Source: Camelus dromedarius
Lineage: Eukaryota
DNA length: 64,000 nt
Direction of reading: 5' to 3'
Assembly (NCBI RefSeq): GCF_036321535.1
Contig: NC_087437.1
Location: forward strand, 50,222,001-50,286,000
A program made the translations under genes and the position numbers. A model generated the notes under the pieces. It was not told the origin of the DNA, did not search any database, and worked only from the letters and a program-made list of their open reading frames with translations. Positions 24,720-37,551 of the stretch are shown in pieces. Within the stretch, counting starts at the first letter, position 1, and every line of letters begins with the position of its first letter.

Positions 24720-25629
24720 CTATATTTGTAACATATTGGCATGAATAATTTCAGACTGCAATTATTCTTATAGTCAAATACAGGCTACATACTTCAAACT
24801 GTGACATTAGATAATTTTCTGGAATAATGGAAATATCCTTAATTAGAGTAGTGGACACATAGGTGAATACATTTATCAAAATTCATTGACTATTATACTT
24901 AAGACCTGTACAGTTAACTGCATGTAAAATTTAACCTCAATTTTTTGGAAATTGTTTATATTCTCATCACACAAAACCCATGTTAACAAAAAACAGTTTG
25001 TAGGAGAAATGTGTGTGTTTATAGATAACTATCAGTTGTCGGGGGGAAATGTATATCTATCACAAAGACAACCTTTGAACTTTATTTTTCACTTGGAAGT
25101 TTTTAACTAAAAGGAACTATGTAATATTTCCCATTATCATCTTAATTTTTTTTATTTTTAATACAAATTCATCTTGAAAATATGTTTGTTGCGCTCATGA
25201 AGTAGAATGCAAATCAATAGGGAGCAAAAACTATCCCCTCAAATCTAAATATTATCTTAGCAGCACAAACTTAACTGGACACAAAATTTACTTGAATTCT
25301 TCCAGTTGCAGGGAGAATTTGCATAGAGAGGTAAACAGCTTAATTGGAATTAAGCCAAGTGAAAACACTATTCCTTAAAGGTGGAACTAAAGACACCTGC
25401 AGGTAATTAGTGCGATCATTAACACAAAGGGGAGCGCAAGGTAATGAGCTAGGACTGCAAGCGCTTAGCCAGCTCTGGGAAGGATATTGTGAATCTAGAA
25501 TTCCACCAGTAAATTAGCTTTTAAAATTATTCCAACGTGATAACTTTGTAATACATATTTCTGTATTTAAGTTGCCAGATCATAACACATAAGGAACTGA
25601 CACCAAGTTTTCCCAAGAAGGGCATTTAC

Positions 25630-25800
25630 GTAAAAGTAGAATGAATATTTGCAACACTTCTACTTTCAATTTCATAGAGGTGACCTAACAGACTACCAAT
25701 TGCAATATAAAAATGTCTTTTCTTTGTATTTTTGTTAAAGAAGTCCTCTTCAGATAGAAATTGGGTGTGTGAGGCTAAGATCTCTTCCTTCATAAGTATT
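25630..25800 (-). pseudogene. Candidate exon remnant
   Basis: ~55-codon open frame LMKEEILASHTQFLSEEDFFNKNTKKRHFYIAIGSLLGHLYEIESRSVANIHSTF ending at donor gtaaat. Confidence 0.35.
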
Positions 25801-25819
25801 TACTTTGTCTATTGACTTT

Positions 25820-26005
25820 CCCACCCTAACTTAGATTTAGCACTTATAACCACACAAAATTATATTATTTGTTTGCTGGTTGACTTGTTTGTGGGCAGTC
25901 TCCTTCATTGCCACGTGAGCTCTGTGAAGGTGGAACTTGGATTCTCCTGTCTTCGTGTGTCCCAGTACCTGGCGTAACAGTCAGGCACATAGTAGGCACT
26001 GAAAC
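25820..26005 (+). mobile_element. L2 3' end
   Basis: gtgagctctgtgaagg...cccagtacctggcgtaacagtcaggcacatagtaggcactgaa. Confidence 0.75.
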
Positions 26006-27000
26006 CACCCAGATCAGCCACCCTACTGGTGTGTACATGCCCTGGGAAAAAGTAATGATCCAACCCATGACAGGTATGGTTTTTTGGTTGGTTAGCTGGT
26101 TGGTTGATTGATTGGTTTGGGTTTTTTTTTTTAATGTACATCTTTATAAAGAACAGGAGAACATGTTTTTCCACATTGTACTCAGTCCAGCAGAGCCCAG
26201 GCTGTAAGGGTGTTGCTCTGAATCCTAAGTGGAAGCTGCAGGACCTAGGACCCCAAGCAACTGTGTCTGGGGTCACTTCAAAGAGCTTTACACAAGGGTA
26301 GTGCAATGGCCAGATGAGTGGAGGACCAGAGCAGGCAGTTTGTTGGCAAGAGCGGGTGGAGTCAGGGTGAGGACATGAGGGCAGGTTGTGGTCAAAGTCA
26401 CAAGCAGTGAGGAGAGTGCTGCAGGGAGCAGGGTTCCTGGGTTGGCTGAGGTCTAGGAAAGATGCTGTGCAGCAGTTCTAGAGTGAGTAGCTAGGCAGAC
26501 CAAACAAAAGCCTGCCTTATAGGCAAATGATGTCAGCAGCATAGAGTGGTCATGAGGCAGGGCCCAGAGTAGAGCAGTGACAATGACACAAAGGCAGTAT
26601 GAGACACAGTGGACTGATTCACAGGCAAGGCCAGAGGACATGCATATTGCACAATAAAAATTAGAGAAAAGAAGAAATTACCTCTAATTCATCTGTACTG
26701 CACAATCACCATTGCCATGTAGGTATTTTATTCCTAGTCTTTTTTTCTAGTCCACATACTACACAAACACATTACATCCCAGGGAGGTGTTATAGCTACT
26801 TCCCCTGGATCCATGCACCACTCACACACATGTTCCCCAGAGATGCACTCCAGAGTCTCACCTCATGTCTGCCCTCACTCTGTTCCTTCTGCCTGAGTTG
26901 TCCTCTCCTTTTCCCATTTCCTCATGACTGCATTCCACCTAGTTGTCAAAGGCAGCTCAAATGTACTTGTATAAATTAAATTATTTCTTATGTCTTTTTA

Positions 27001-28177
27001 TCAAGGAAAACAAAAGCAAAAATAAACAAATGGGACAAAAATTTAAAAGCTTTTGCACAGTGATGGAAACTGTCAGAAAACCAAAAGGCAGCCTACTGAA
27101 TGGGAGAAGATATTTGCAGACAATATATCTGATAAGAGATTAATATCCAAAATATACAAAGAACTCACACAACTTAACATCAAAAATACAATAAAAAGAT
27201 TTTAAAATGGGCAGACCACCTAAACAGATATTTTTCCAAAAGAGACATACAGGTGGCCAACAGACACATGAAAAGATGTTCAACATCACTAATCATCTGG
27301 GAAGAGCAAATCAAAACCACAGTGGAATTTCACCTCATACCAGTCAGAATGGCTATTTTCAAAAAGACAGCAAATAAGAAGTGCTGGCAAAGTATGGAGA
27401 GAAAGGAACCCTCATGCACTGTTGGTGGAAATGTAAACTGCTGCAGCCACGATGGAAAACAGCATGGAGGTTCCTCAAAAAATTAAAACTAGAACTACTA
27501 TAAAATCCAGCTATTCCACTCCTGGATATTTTTCCAAAGCAAATAAAAACACTAATTTGAGTAGATATATACACCCCTATGTTCATTGCAGCACTGTTTA
27601 CAATAGCCAAGATATGGAAACAATCTAGGTGCTCATCAAGAGATGAATGGATAAAAGAGATGTGGTGTATATATACAATGGTATATTAGCCAGGAAAAAA
27701 AAGAATGAAATCTTGCCATTTGCAACAACATGGATGGACCTAGAGAGTATTATGCCAAGCAAAATAGTCAGTCTAGTTCTATACGATCTAAATCTAAATA
27801 CTATATAATTTCATTTAAATGTGAATCTAAAAAACAAAACAAATGAACAAATATAACAAAACAGAAACAGACTCATAGATACAGACATCAAACAGATGGT
27901 TGTCAGAGGGAAGGGGAGAAGGGAATGAGTGAAATAAATGAGGGGAGATTAAGAGGACCAAACTTCCAGATACAAAATAAATGAGTCACAGGAATGAAAT
28001 ATATGACATGAGGAATATAGCCAGTAACATTTTGATAACTTTGTATGGCAACAAGTGGTAATTAGACTTACTGTAGTATTCATTTTGTACTATATAGAAA
28101 TATTGAATCACTATGCTGTACGCCTGGAACTAACATGGTTTTGTAGATCAATTATACTTTACATACATACATACATA
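27001..28177 (+). mobile_element. 5'-truncated L1 with long TSD
   Basis: ORF2 C-terminus ([11 protein letters not shown]...), 3'UTR and (TACA)n tail; 23-bp TSD aaattatttcttaYgtcYtttta at 26978-27000 and 28178-28200. Confidence 0.92.
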
Positions 28178-28389
28178 AAATTATTTCTTACGTCCTTTTA
28201 GGAGTTGAGTCTGTTTGAGGGTGGGTATCAGCTGTATCCTCAGAAAAAAGAAGTGAGGTGTGATAGAGAGTTCTGGGCTTTAGAGTCAGAAACATCTGCG
28301 TTCAAACCAGCAAAATCACACTGATACAATATCAGGTGCACTACTCATTCAGTTTCCCTTCTGCCATTAAACCGTGGATTAAAGCGATA

Positions 28390-29145
28390 ATCAGATTTGA
28401 TTAGTAGTAAGTTAAAGTTCTTCAAAGGTGGAATGGGTTTCTGTGATGGCTTCCTTGGGTTACCTTGGTCCAGTGGACTGGATATCGGAACTGATTCTGA
28501 GATCATTCTAAGTCCAATACTTCCTGTACAACACTCCTCATACCCTGTTTAAGTTCTCTGGGGTACAGATGGAAATCTGGTCCTGCTGGATCAAATAATA
28601 CTCTATTTGAAGGCAATGAAAAATGAGGACAACACCTGGGGTGAAAGGCCCCCAGAAGTTGTCCTGCAGCTTCTTGCTGTGTAAACACTAGGGGAGAAGT
28701 CAGGCATTGTTTTGTTCTTGGATGGTGTTGTAAAAGTCCCAGTGCTAGAGAACATGTCTCAGGTCCTGACTTTGGCAGGTTAGCAGGCATCCTGAGGGCC
28801 CATAAAATGTATCAGATACTGGTCAACTTCCAGGGCCCTGATGACACTGCAGGAATAGTGCAGAGGTTCCCTGAGGAGGCTGAGATAAATATCATAATGG
28901 CTCCAAATTCAGGTATTCTGATAGAATTTCAGTTCTTATTTTGTGAGAATTTCTCTGTGTGTGACTTGCCCTGTGTGGCAAGGTATGCCTGTATAGGTAT
29001 ATCAAGATAGGTCCTCTTGGAACTCCTGGTGGCAGTTTTACTCAATTGTCAGTGTAGATTATCCAAGATGGACAGATTTTAAGAGACTGGACCAGTGAGA
29101 TGTCACACGTTACGGTTCTGGGTGATGTGAAGGCAGACTGGTCAT
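28390..29145 (-). pseudogene. Large decayed coding-like exon (RGS22/RGSL1-like)
   Basis: Non-repeat, GC-balanced ~750 bp; frame-hopping peptides SHWSSLLKSVHLG*STLTIE*NCHQEFQE, VIRALEVDQY, QDLRHVL, VLYRKYW...STFEEL*; many stops. Confidence 0.5.
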
Positions 29146-29149
29146 AATG

Positions 29150-29355
29150 ACGATGATAACAATAGCTAATATTTTTTAGTCTCTTTTTGTGTCAGGCACT
29201 GTTTTATCCCATGTAGTACCTACTGTTATTAGTGCCATTTTATAGATGTAGAAATTAAGGCTCAGAGGTAAAGTGACTTGCATAAAGGCCACATAATGAA
29301 TAAACACTGGAAGTAGGACTTGAATCCATGTACCTTGAATCCAGAATCTGCCCTC
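29150..29355 (-). mobile_element. MIR SINE
   Basis: aatagctaatatt...gtgtcaggcactgtttta...cattttatagatgtagaaattaaggctcagaggtaaagtgacttgc. Confidence 0.85.
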
Positions 29356-31699
29356 CAAACTAGATTGAATGCAGATGGGAGCACAGCTTGGGCAATGCAG
29401 GATGATGAGTGAAATCTTGATGAGAACATCCTGAACCTCACAACATTCAGCCAGTGTGAGAGATATTGGTCAGATATTAGAAAAAGGGAAGAAGAGAAGG
29501 AATTCATACCAGTTCACCAAAAATCACACCTCTTAGCCCTTCCTAAAACTTAAGTCCTAAGACTCAGTCATTCCATTCTGAAATTACATGGCACAGCCAG
29601 CCATTTACCCACCTCTAGGCAAAATCATGATAATATTGAGTCCAACTTATACCAAGCACAGCCCCAAATTTGTGCCTTAATGATACTAAAAGTTTCATGA
29701 AGTCCTCTAATGAAGGCTTCCTAATCTAGAAGTATGTTCTATTTAACTCTGCTTTCACCAAATACAAAGCAAACCACGAAACCCCTTGGGGACCTGGAGC
29801 TCCATGTGTCCTGATATAATTGCACCCAGAGGCAAAAGCACAGCAATGTCTTTGAGTTGCAGGTGAATTGCTCCTGGTGCAGCTGTTACATGGTTGGGGC
29901 AGAAACAATGCCAATAGGACCAGGTGTCCTAGGCTCTGCAGTGGAACATGAGCCTTCTTGGTTGTAGCAAGAGGAGGAGGCTGTGGGGCTCACTGCTAGC
30001 CTGGTATGTCACTCTGTGGCCTCTGTGTGGTTTGGAGGCCTAGAGTTGAGGCACCTGGTCATGGGAACCCAGGCACTGGGGCCCAGGTGTGCTTTCTGAA
30101 ATGAACCACCCAACAAGGGTTCCATGTTCCCCCAAAATCTGCAGCCCAGTTCAGCTGCAGCTGAAGTACTGGGTAGGTCTTTGGAGGCAGAGATCCCTGA
30201 GCAGAGACAAGAAGGAACCCCCTGGAAACACCAGGGCCTATGGGAATAAATGTCTGACATTGCCTCCTTGTGGCTTCAGGGTATTGAAATCAGTACCCCA
30301 GGGGAAGAAGGATCTGGGAGCCAAGACAGATAAAAAGAACAAGTCCAGGTGAGCATGTAGAGAACAGGACAGACTCCACAGTACAAAGTTAACAACAAAT
30401 AACAGAAGTACCAAGAAAATGTTCCAAAGATGAAGCTCAAGTGGAGACCAAGAGCTGATAATAGAGAACACAAGTTGTTGACAGAGTGACGTGGCTGAGT
30501 CCATGGGCAGGGAACCAATTCCATTAGAGCAAATATTAGTAAATCCAAGTCATCCTCACACTATTTCTGAAAAAAACTAAATTGTCTTTCCTCCATAAAA
30601 GATAGTTAAAGTAATTTGTGTTTGCCCATTCAATGACAGATTGACTTGAGAATTTCTTTTTACTTGGGAGTTAGAAGTATGTAGGGTGTGTGTTTGTGTG
30701 TGTATGTGCGTGTGTGTGTATGATTTGTACAAACATGCTACATGTTTTGTATATATTAGTCAATTGTATCTATAGGTAATGAGCACAATGTCTAGGAGAT
30801 ATAACACATATGTAAGTAAAAGTATTTTCTGGATAGAGACATAAGAAGAGAGACATAGAGACAAAGAGAAAGAGACTTGAAATCAACAGAAACACAGAGA
30901 GAAAAAGAGTTAGAGATTGAGAAAATGCGAGGGACTTACAAACCTAGAGTTCTCCATGCAGAAAGAAACCAAAGCCTTGTTTGTTTTTTGAGAGGGGTGG
31001 TGCACTTTGGATTCGGAATGCCATGTCATGAAAACAATGTCCACATGTCTGCATTATGTTTGGGTTATCTGTACCCTCCTATCTTAGTGCAACAGGATTT
31101 GCCAGTGGACCATGTCCTCTGGAACAAAGACGTAAAAAGGATGCACATTCCTTCACACACACCATCACACAGTGACCTCCAGGGTCCAAGGGCCACTTCT
31201 GTCTGTGGCATGTCCATCTCCTGTCATTAAGCCTCCATGCCTTCAACCATGAAGAGTTTACTAACAGGGAGAAGGAAAAGAAGCTTGACACCTTTAACAA
31301 TTTAGTAAAAGCCCCTTTACAGGTATCTTTTCTTTAGTATTGCTATTTTCCACCTTTATTCCCTAAGGCTACACTTGGCCACAGGTGAGATGGGGGATGC
31401 CATGCTTGTGGTCATTATGTTTCAGGATGTCATTGTTTGTTGATGTGCATGGAGTACTGGTCACTCTCTTCCTTTGCTAGATACAATGCATTTGAGTAAA
31501 GGGTCCTAACTGCTAGCTGATATCCCCACTGAGTGTCAGAGTGCTAGGGTGTGCATGCTACTCTTTACTGTGGGTCATTTGAAATGATAAATGTTAGAGG
31601 ATGTTAGATTAGATTTTCCTGAAATTCTAGCTTTCATTTGTATAAGTAAATGTCATCTGCTGCTTAGCAAAAGCATTCAACTGAAATGAATAAGAATCT

Positions 31700-31854
31700 T
31701 GGGTTTCAGACAGAAATGACCAATGGAGATAATTTGTGTCAGTGGATAAAAGTTGCTAGAACTCTTCCATTTTGCTTTTTTTGAAGAAGTCTAGGGCTTG
31801 GCAAATAGTGCCTATATGCCAATGTAAAAGGCTCATGGAAGAAGGGTCAATCTA
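31700..31854 (-). pseudogene. Candidate exon remnant (RGS-domain start)
   Basis: Acceptor gtttcctttcag|tag|; IDPSSMSLLHWHIGTICQALDFFKKSKMEEF*QLL, resembling recalled RGSL1 IRSFCKYRRFMLNPSKRQEFEDYL. Confidence 0.4.
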
Positions 31855-32214
31855 CTGAAAGGAAACTGAATTTTCATTTTAATAATTTTAGGGAGATTAA
31901 TTCATGAGGAAATCAGTTTAAAAGACAAATGAGTTGATTTCACAACTGTCCAAAATCATAATAACCCATCACTTTTTAATTCTTAGGGTATGCAAAAGTA
32001 ATCCGATAGAATTTGTCTATCCTTCATCCCTACAGACATTTCTCTCTGCTCTGATTTTCTCCACCCATTTATCTTTTTTAACTCACCAAAGTATATAATT
32101 ATTCACATAGAGAATTCATGACCTTAAACTGTCTTCTGAGAAATCCTGTGGGAATACACTGTGGCATTGAATGCCTTTACCTATTAAAGCTATTTCTGTA
32201 ATACAGAATCAATC

Positions 32215-34140
32215 TATTTATTCTTTCACTAATTCAGAAAATATTTATTGACTAACTATTATATGCCAAGCATGTCTGTGCTGAGAATGCAACAGAGAGT
32301 AATAGAAACAGTTTTCCCTACCTTCATGAAACTTATATTCCAGGAGAGAAGAAACTGATCATAAGATCACACATACAAATGTAGAATTACAATTGTGGTA
32401 AGCACTTTGAGTGAGAATTACATAAACCTACAAGAGCTTAAGATCAATGAATTTGACCTAGGGATATCAGAGAAAAGGAAACTTTACATGCAAAAACTCT
32501 GCAGCAAAAGGGAATATGATGCATTTCAGAAACCGAAAGTAAACAAAAAACTACGTAAGTCATTAGGGAAATGCAAATCAGAACCACAATGAGATACCAC
32601 TTCATAACTATTAATACAGCTATAAAAATAAAAAGGTGGACAATAACAAGTTGGCAAAGATGTGGAGAAATTGGAACCTTCACACCTTGCCGATAAGAAT
32701 GTAAACTGGTACAGTCACTTTGGAAAACTGTTTGGCAGATCCTCAAAAAAATTAAACATCGAACTACCATAATGACCAAGCAATTCTACCGCTAAGTATG
32801 TACCCAAAAGAAAATGTTATACAAAAACTTGTACATGAATGTTCAAAGAAGCATTATTCATAATAGCCAAAAAACTGGAAACCAACCCAAATGTCTACCA
32901 ACTGATGAATGCACAAAATACCCTATATATGTATAATTTGGCAATAAAAAGGAATGAAATACTAATACATGCTGTAACATGGATGAACCCTGAAAACAGT
33001 ATAAGCCAGACATAAAAGGCGATATTCCATTTATATGATTCTACTTATATGAGATGTCCAAAATAGGCAAATCCATAGAGGCAGAATATAAATTAGTGAT
33101 TGCAAGAGGCTAGAGTAGAGGGAAATGGAGAATGACTGCTAGTGGATTTCTTTTAGAGGGGATGAAAGTCTTGAATTATATCGTGGTGATAGTTACACAA
33201 CCTTGAAACTATACTAAAATGACTGTATTGTATACTGCAAAAGAGTGAATTTTATGGCATGACATACCATAAAAAGTGAATACCAAAAAGAGTGAATGAT
33301 ATCTCATTTTTTTAAAACAAGTAAATCACAAGAGAAGCAAAGAGGGTTATCAGTAGGGTAATGCAAAATGAGGCTGAAACAAGAGATAGAGGCCCAGTCT
33401 CCCAGGGCTTTTGTGACATAAGGATTTGGTCTTTGTCTAAGAGTAATGGAGTCTTTTAAGGGGAAAGGAGATGTTATTAGGTTTGTAATAGGAATCATCA
33501 CTTGGGCAATAGTGTGAATAATGGATTAGAGAGGGCAAGAGTAGATGCTACAAAGCCAGACAAGCCTTTGTAGGATCCCAGGTGCGAAAAGTTGGTAACA
33601 TGGACCAAATCAGGGAAAATGGAGATGGAGAGAAGTGGATGGATTTAAGGTTCTTAGGAAGTAACATCTATCCGATCTGATGAGTGTAATGGAGGGTTGT
33701 ATCGAGAATAACTCCAGGTTTCTGATGTCCATAACTGAATAAATTATAAAGCAATTTCCTGAAAAAAGGAAGACTGCAAGAAGACCGGGCAAAGACAGGA
33801 AGACAATGATCTTAATTTAACGTTGAAATTGGAAGTCCTTTCAGACATCCAAGTAGAGATGTCACACAAGCTGGTGAATATACAGGGCTGAGTTTTAGAG
33901 AAGAGGTCTAGACTGGAGATAATTTGTGAGATTTGTAAGGCATTTCCATGAGGCAGTCATTAAAAACACAGGCATGGGTGAGAAAAAAGGGAGAATAAGG
34001 AGTGAAAAGAGAAGAAAGCCTAGGCTAATCCTTGAGGAAATCTAGTATCTAATAACCAGGAGACAATGAACCAGCAAAGGAGGCAGAAGGAGTACCCAGA
34101 CAGGTAAGAAGAAAATCAAGAGTGGAATGTTAAGAAAGAT
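32215..34140 (-). mobile_element. L2 element split by L1MB insertion (pieces ~32215-32540 and ~33330-34140)
   Basis: ttcagaaaatatttattgac...atgccaag L2 tail; later cagacatccaagtagagatgtca...gagaagaggtctagactggagat. Confidence 0.75.
32550..33275 (+). mobile_element. L1MB-type 3' end
   Basis: gtcattagggaaatgcaaatcagaaccacaatgagatacc...acatggatgaaccctgaaaac...gtgaattttatggcatg. Confidence 0.85.
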
Positions 34141-34144
34141 GTGG

Positions 34145-34410
34145 TAGTGTTCTCCATATGTCAATTTTGTTCCATGAAAAACACATCCCATGAAATAAAG
34201 TCTATAGTTAGGTCTAGTGAGGAATACTAGATTAAGCAAAGTTAAATAATTTTCTCTACTGCAGGGCTCTTCAGATTATTTTAGACTGTTAATGTATATT
34301 GTGAACCTCCCATGGCATACAACATGTCCCAAACTTATTTGGCCATAGAACCCTTTCTTGGGGTGGATCACTTATTAACATGGTTTTAGACACTGTTTGG
34401 GGAACCCTGT
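34145..34410. mobile_element. MER112-like hAT-Charlie element
   Basis: caaagttaaataattttctctactgcagggctcttcaga...cccaaacttatttggccatagaaccctt matches recalled consensus. Confidence 0.55.
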
Positions 34411-34522
34411 AGAGGCAATGTTTAGGTGAAGCTCAGCAGTCAGCCCACCCTCCTAAAGTAAGCGTCATCTTCCTCTACAACTGACAGATTCAAAAGAAAG
34501 GTCATTTCTCCTTTTGCTTTAC

Positions 34523-34596
34523 CTTTCTTTGTTCTCCATAACAACAGCACACACGCCTATTCAGATACATCAGACTTAACGGAATGGTTGTCATAA
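34523..34596 (-). pseudogene. Candidate exon remnant
   Basis: Acceptor ttttattacttttag| and donor aag|gtaaag; peptide ...DVSE*ACVLLLW only weakly RGS-like. Confidence 0.3.
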
Positions 34597-35237
34597 CTAA
34601 AAGTAATAAAACATAGGGAGTTCACAATATATGTAAATCAAACCATCAGGCTGTATGCCTTAAACTTACACAGTGATATATGTCAATTATTTCTCAATAA
34701 ACCTGGGGTGAAAAACCATGGTGGGGAAGGGCAGAGGGTAGATTGACAAACATAAAATTGTATGTGACTTTTCTCATGTTCAAAGGTAGACCACCCGAGA
34801 AATACTTCATGATGGAGGAAGGTTCTCATAGTCACACTCATCCTAACTCCGAAGCTTGCTCCCTGTGCTTAGAACCATGCCTCTCTAATGGAACATCTCT
34901 GTCATGCACTCCTCCTCCCACTCTTGGCAAATCTTACTTCTTACCTTCCAGAAGGGATCTCACCTCAAGTATCTTTCTTCTTTACCCCAGCAATGTCTTT
35001 CCCTGAACCTGAAGTATTAAGTCTAGAGGAGAACATTCTCAGGGCTCCGGGAAACAGACTGGTTAGCATTTGACACATCAGGCCCTAAAAAACAGTGTGG
35101 GGCTATGGTTGGGGAGGGCTGATATACCTTTAAGGCTCAAAGATCACAAAACAGTTCAGAGTGGGCCTAAATATTCCAAGCAACACTTTTGGTATCACAT
35201 GTTCACTATACAGTCTGTTCAGTAAATAGCTGTTGGA

Positions 35238-35242
35238 ACACA

Positions 35243-35281
<39 letters not shown>
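35238..35281. repeat. (CA)n microsatellite
   Basis: Directly visible CA run with one interruption. Confidence 0.98.
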
Positions 35282-35283
<2 letters not shown>

Positions 35284-35339
35284 CCTAAGGGCCAACATTA
35301 ATTCTCAGAGGCAGTATAACTAGTAATGAGAAAAAATAC

Positions 35340-36208
35340 TCCACATCTTGAAGTATCAACCATCTCACAGTGGAATTTGTAGCTCACATTTTTATGAAAA
35401 ATACTTTTTAGTCATTTATTTTGTTTATTTTGTTCTTTGCATCCCAGCCTGTTTCTTACTGTGCCCATACAGGTCTGCCAAGAACAGTAAACAGTCCCAT
35501 TGTTGAGCCATACATCTTTTGACAATTACCAAAAGACTTGGCTATAAGGGACCTCATTGAATTTGTCTTGCAATGGGAAAGTTTATTTAACTCTGCTAGG
35601 AAAACATAGCTTGCTTCTTCACATTCTTAGAAAAAGAAATCTTAACTGCATCAAACACTGCACAATTCACACGTATAATTTTTATTTGTCATTGAGTTTC
35701 CTCACTAGAGATCTCTACAACTCTAGAAATTCCTAGAAAGTAGCAATGGGTTTCATGTACCATTTTCAAGATTTTTAAATGTTTAAAGGAAATCACATAC
35801 TTGATCACCATAAGGGCGTCTCTGATGTCTACAAGTTTCTTTCGTTTGGGTGGGAATTAGAGCAATTCAGTATTGGATATCTATTGTTTCGAATTCATCA
35901 TAATGGTAAAAAAAAACTGGTAGCTAAAATTGTCTTTGCTTATTAAAATGGAAAACCCATAATTACTTAAGAAATACAATTTGATGGCAAAAATGTTTCA
36001 AAATTTGTAGATGGTAGGGCAGGTGGATGATGGGACTTTAGCTATTATGTTGGAAACCACTACTTCTGTGGTTTCATTAGACTATGTCCCCTGAAGCAGC
36101 TGCTTTCTGGCTTAGTAGTCATATAAGTAGGCAGTCTTCTGCTGACAAATTTTTGTTTTGTTTTTTCTGTGTTTGTGTTTACAGTTGAAAACATTTCTTC
36201 CCTTGGAT
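35340..36208 (-). pseudogene. Cluster of three candidate exon remnants (36064-36208, 35801-35880, ~35340-35595)
   Basis: AG/GT-bounded segments; the last reads LQDKFNEVPYSQVFW*LSKDVWLNNGTVYCSWQ, then after a frameshift QRTK*TK*MTKKYFS*KCELQIPL, an RGS-domain-like order. Confidence 0.42.
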
Positions 36209-37551
36209 CTACAAGGTTATAATTATTAGGTATTCCAATTAAAGCCATCTAAGGGCTAATCTGTTGTTGCACGATTTTGAAAACATGCTATCTCTTTTGA
36301 TGACTATGATATTATTAATCAGCTAATTATCATCATTGGAAAAAATATGTGTCCAAGTAGTTTTAAAAACACCTTCTTAAAACAAAGTAATTTAAAGTCT
36401 TAAAATCTGTATGTTATTTGCAGATAAGATGCATTTTTATGTGTAATCACTCAGCTCCAAGCAATGGCAAAAATAAGCATAGGACCCCACAGGAATTGTG
36501 TCACCTTGTTGACTTCTGATGTTTTTGTGACATTCCCTCCCAGCTCAGCATGAGGTATTTGTCTGTCAGCAATGGTCAGCTAAATGATTAGCTGACACAG
36601 CTCTTCACTCTATGGGTCACTGACAGAACAGACAGGTTCAAATATACAAGATGTTGGCTCTAGCTCTTCCTGGATGCCTTTCTTACTTCATTAAGCTTTA
36701 AGTATAGCTGTTTGTGTAGGAAAATAGCACACATTGGCACTCAAAAATATAAACCCACTGCTTAAATGCAATAGATAAATTTATAGACTGATTTTATAAG
36801 GCCAAGAAGAGATTTCAACTGTGTTTTATTTTGAACTATGTTTTATCCATACAGCTATATAATTATGACACAGCAATAAGACCCAAACGTGGTCACAATA
36901 TCTGTTCTCCCTCCCTAAGTCACATCCATGAATGCAAGTAATATCAGCCACAGTTCATCAAAACAAGTTCTGACCAATAAAATACATTTGGCATTTTCTC
37001 AACACATCTTATTAGACAAGTGTTTGATTTAGTGCCATGTTGTATTTCTCTGGGAATGATTGAGGAAGACCAGGAAGTAGAAAAAGGACAAAAGAAACAT
37101 GACTTGGAATAAGATCAGACAATCCGAGGGCTAACATTAAACTAAAACCCTTATTAAATAAGTGGCAGTCATCCTTCCATAGACAGACTATTAAATACGA
37201 GACTACCCCTGAGTTCTGGGAGACTAGAGACCCCACTCCCCTGGTTTATCACTTCATCTCGAGTGCCTGGAACTTAATAGGTGCTCACAAATATTTGTTG
37301 ACATATAAGTTTGAAACCTTAGAAAATTTCTAGACAAAACATTTTATTTCATAGAGGGAGATATTGAATCCTAGAGGAGCAAAATGATTTTCCAAAGTCA
37401 CAAGTATCTGGCAGTCGAATCATGGTGCCTCCACATTATCTTGCTTGTGTTTCCCGGAGGAGGGCCTGATCCTCCATTCTCAAGGGAAGGTCCTTATCCT
37501 TTTATGATTCTATTTCCTGTGGAAGTTACCGAGTTAAAAGTGGCCACCCCT

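Noticed and set aside
28390..29145. Alternative readings as PCED1-like esterase or RhoGEF DH domain
   Set aside because: Only isolated motif resemblances with wrong spacing. The RGS-family reading fits better with neighbouring same-strand exons, though it is also unconfirmed.
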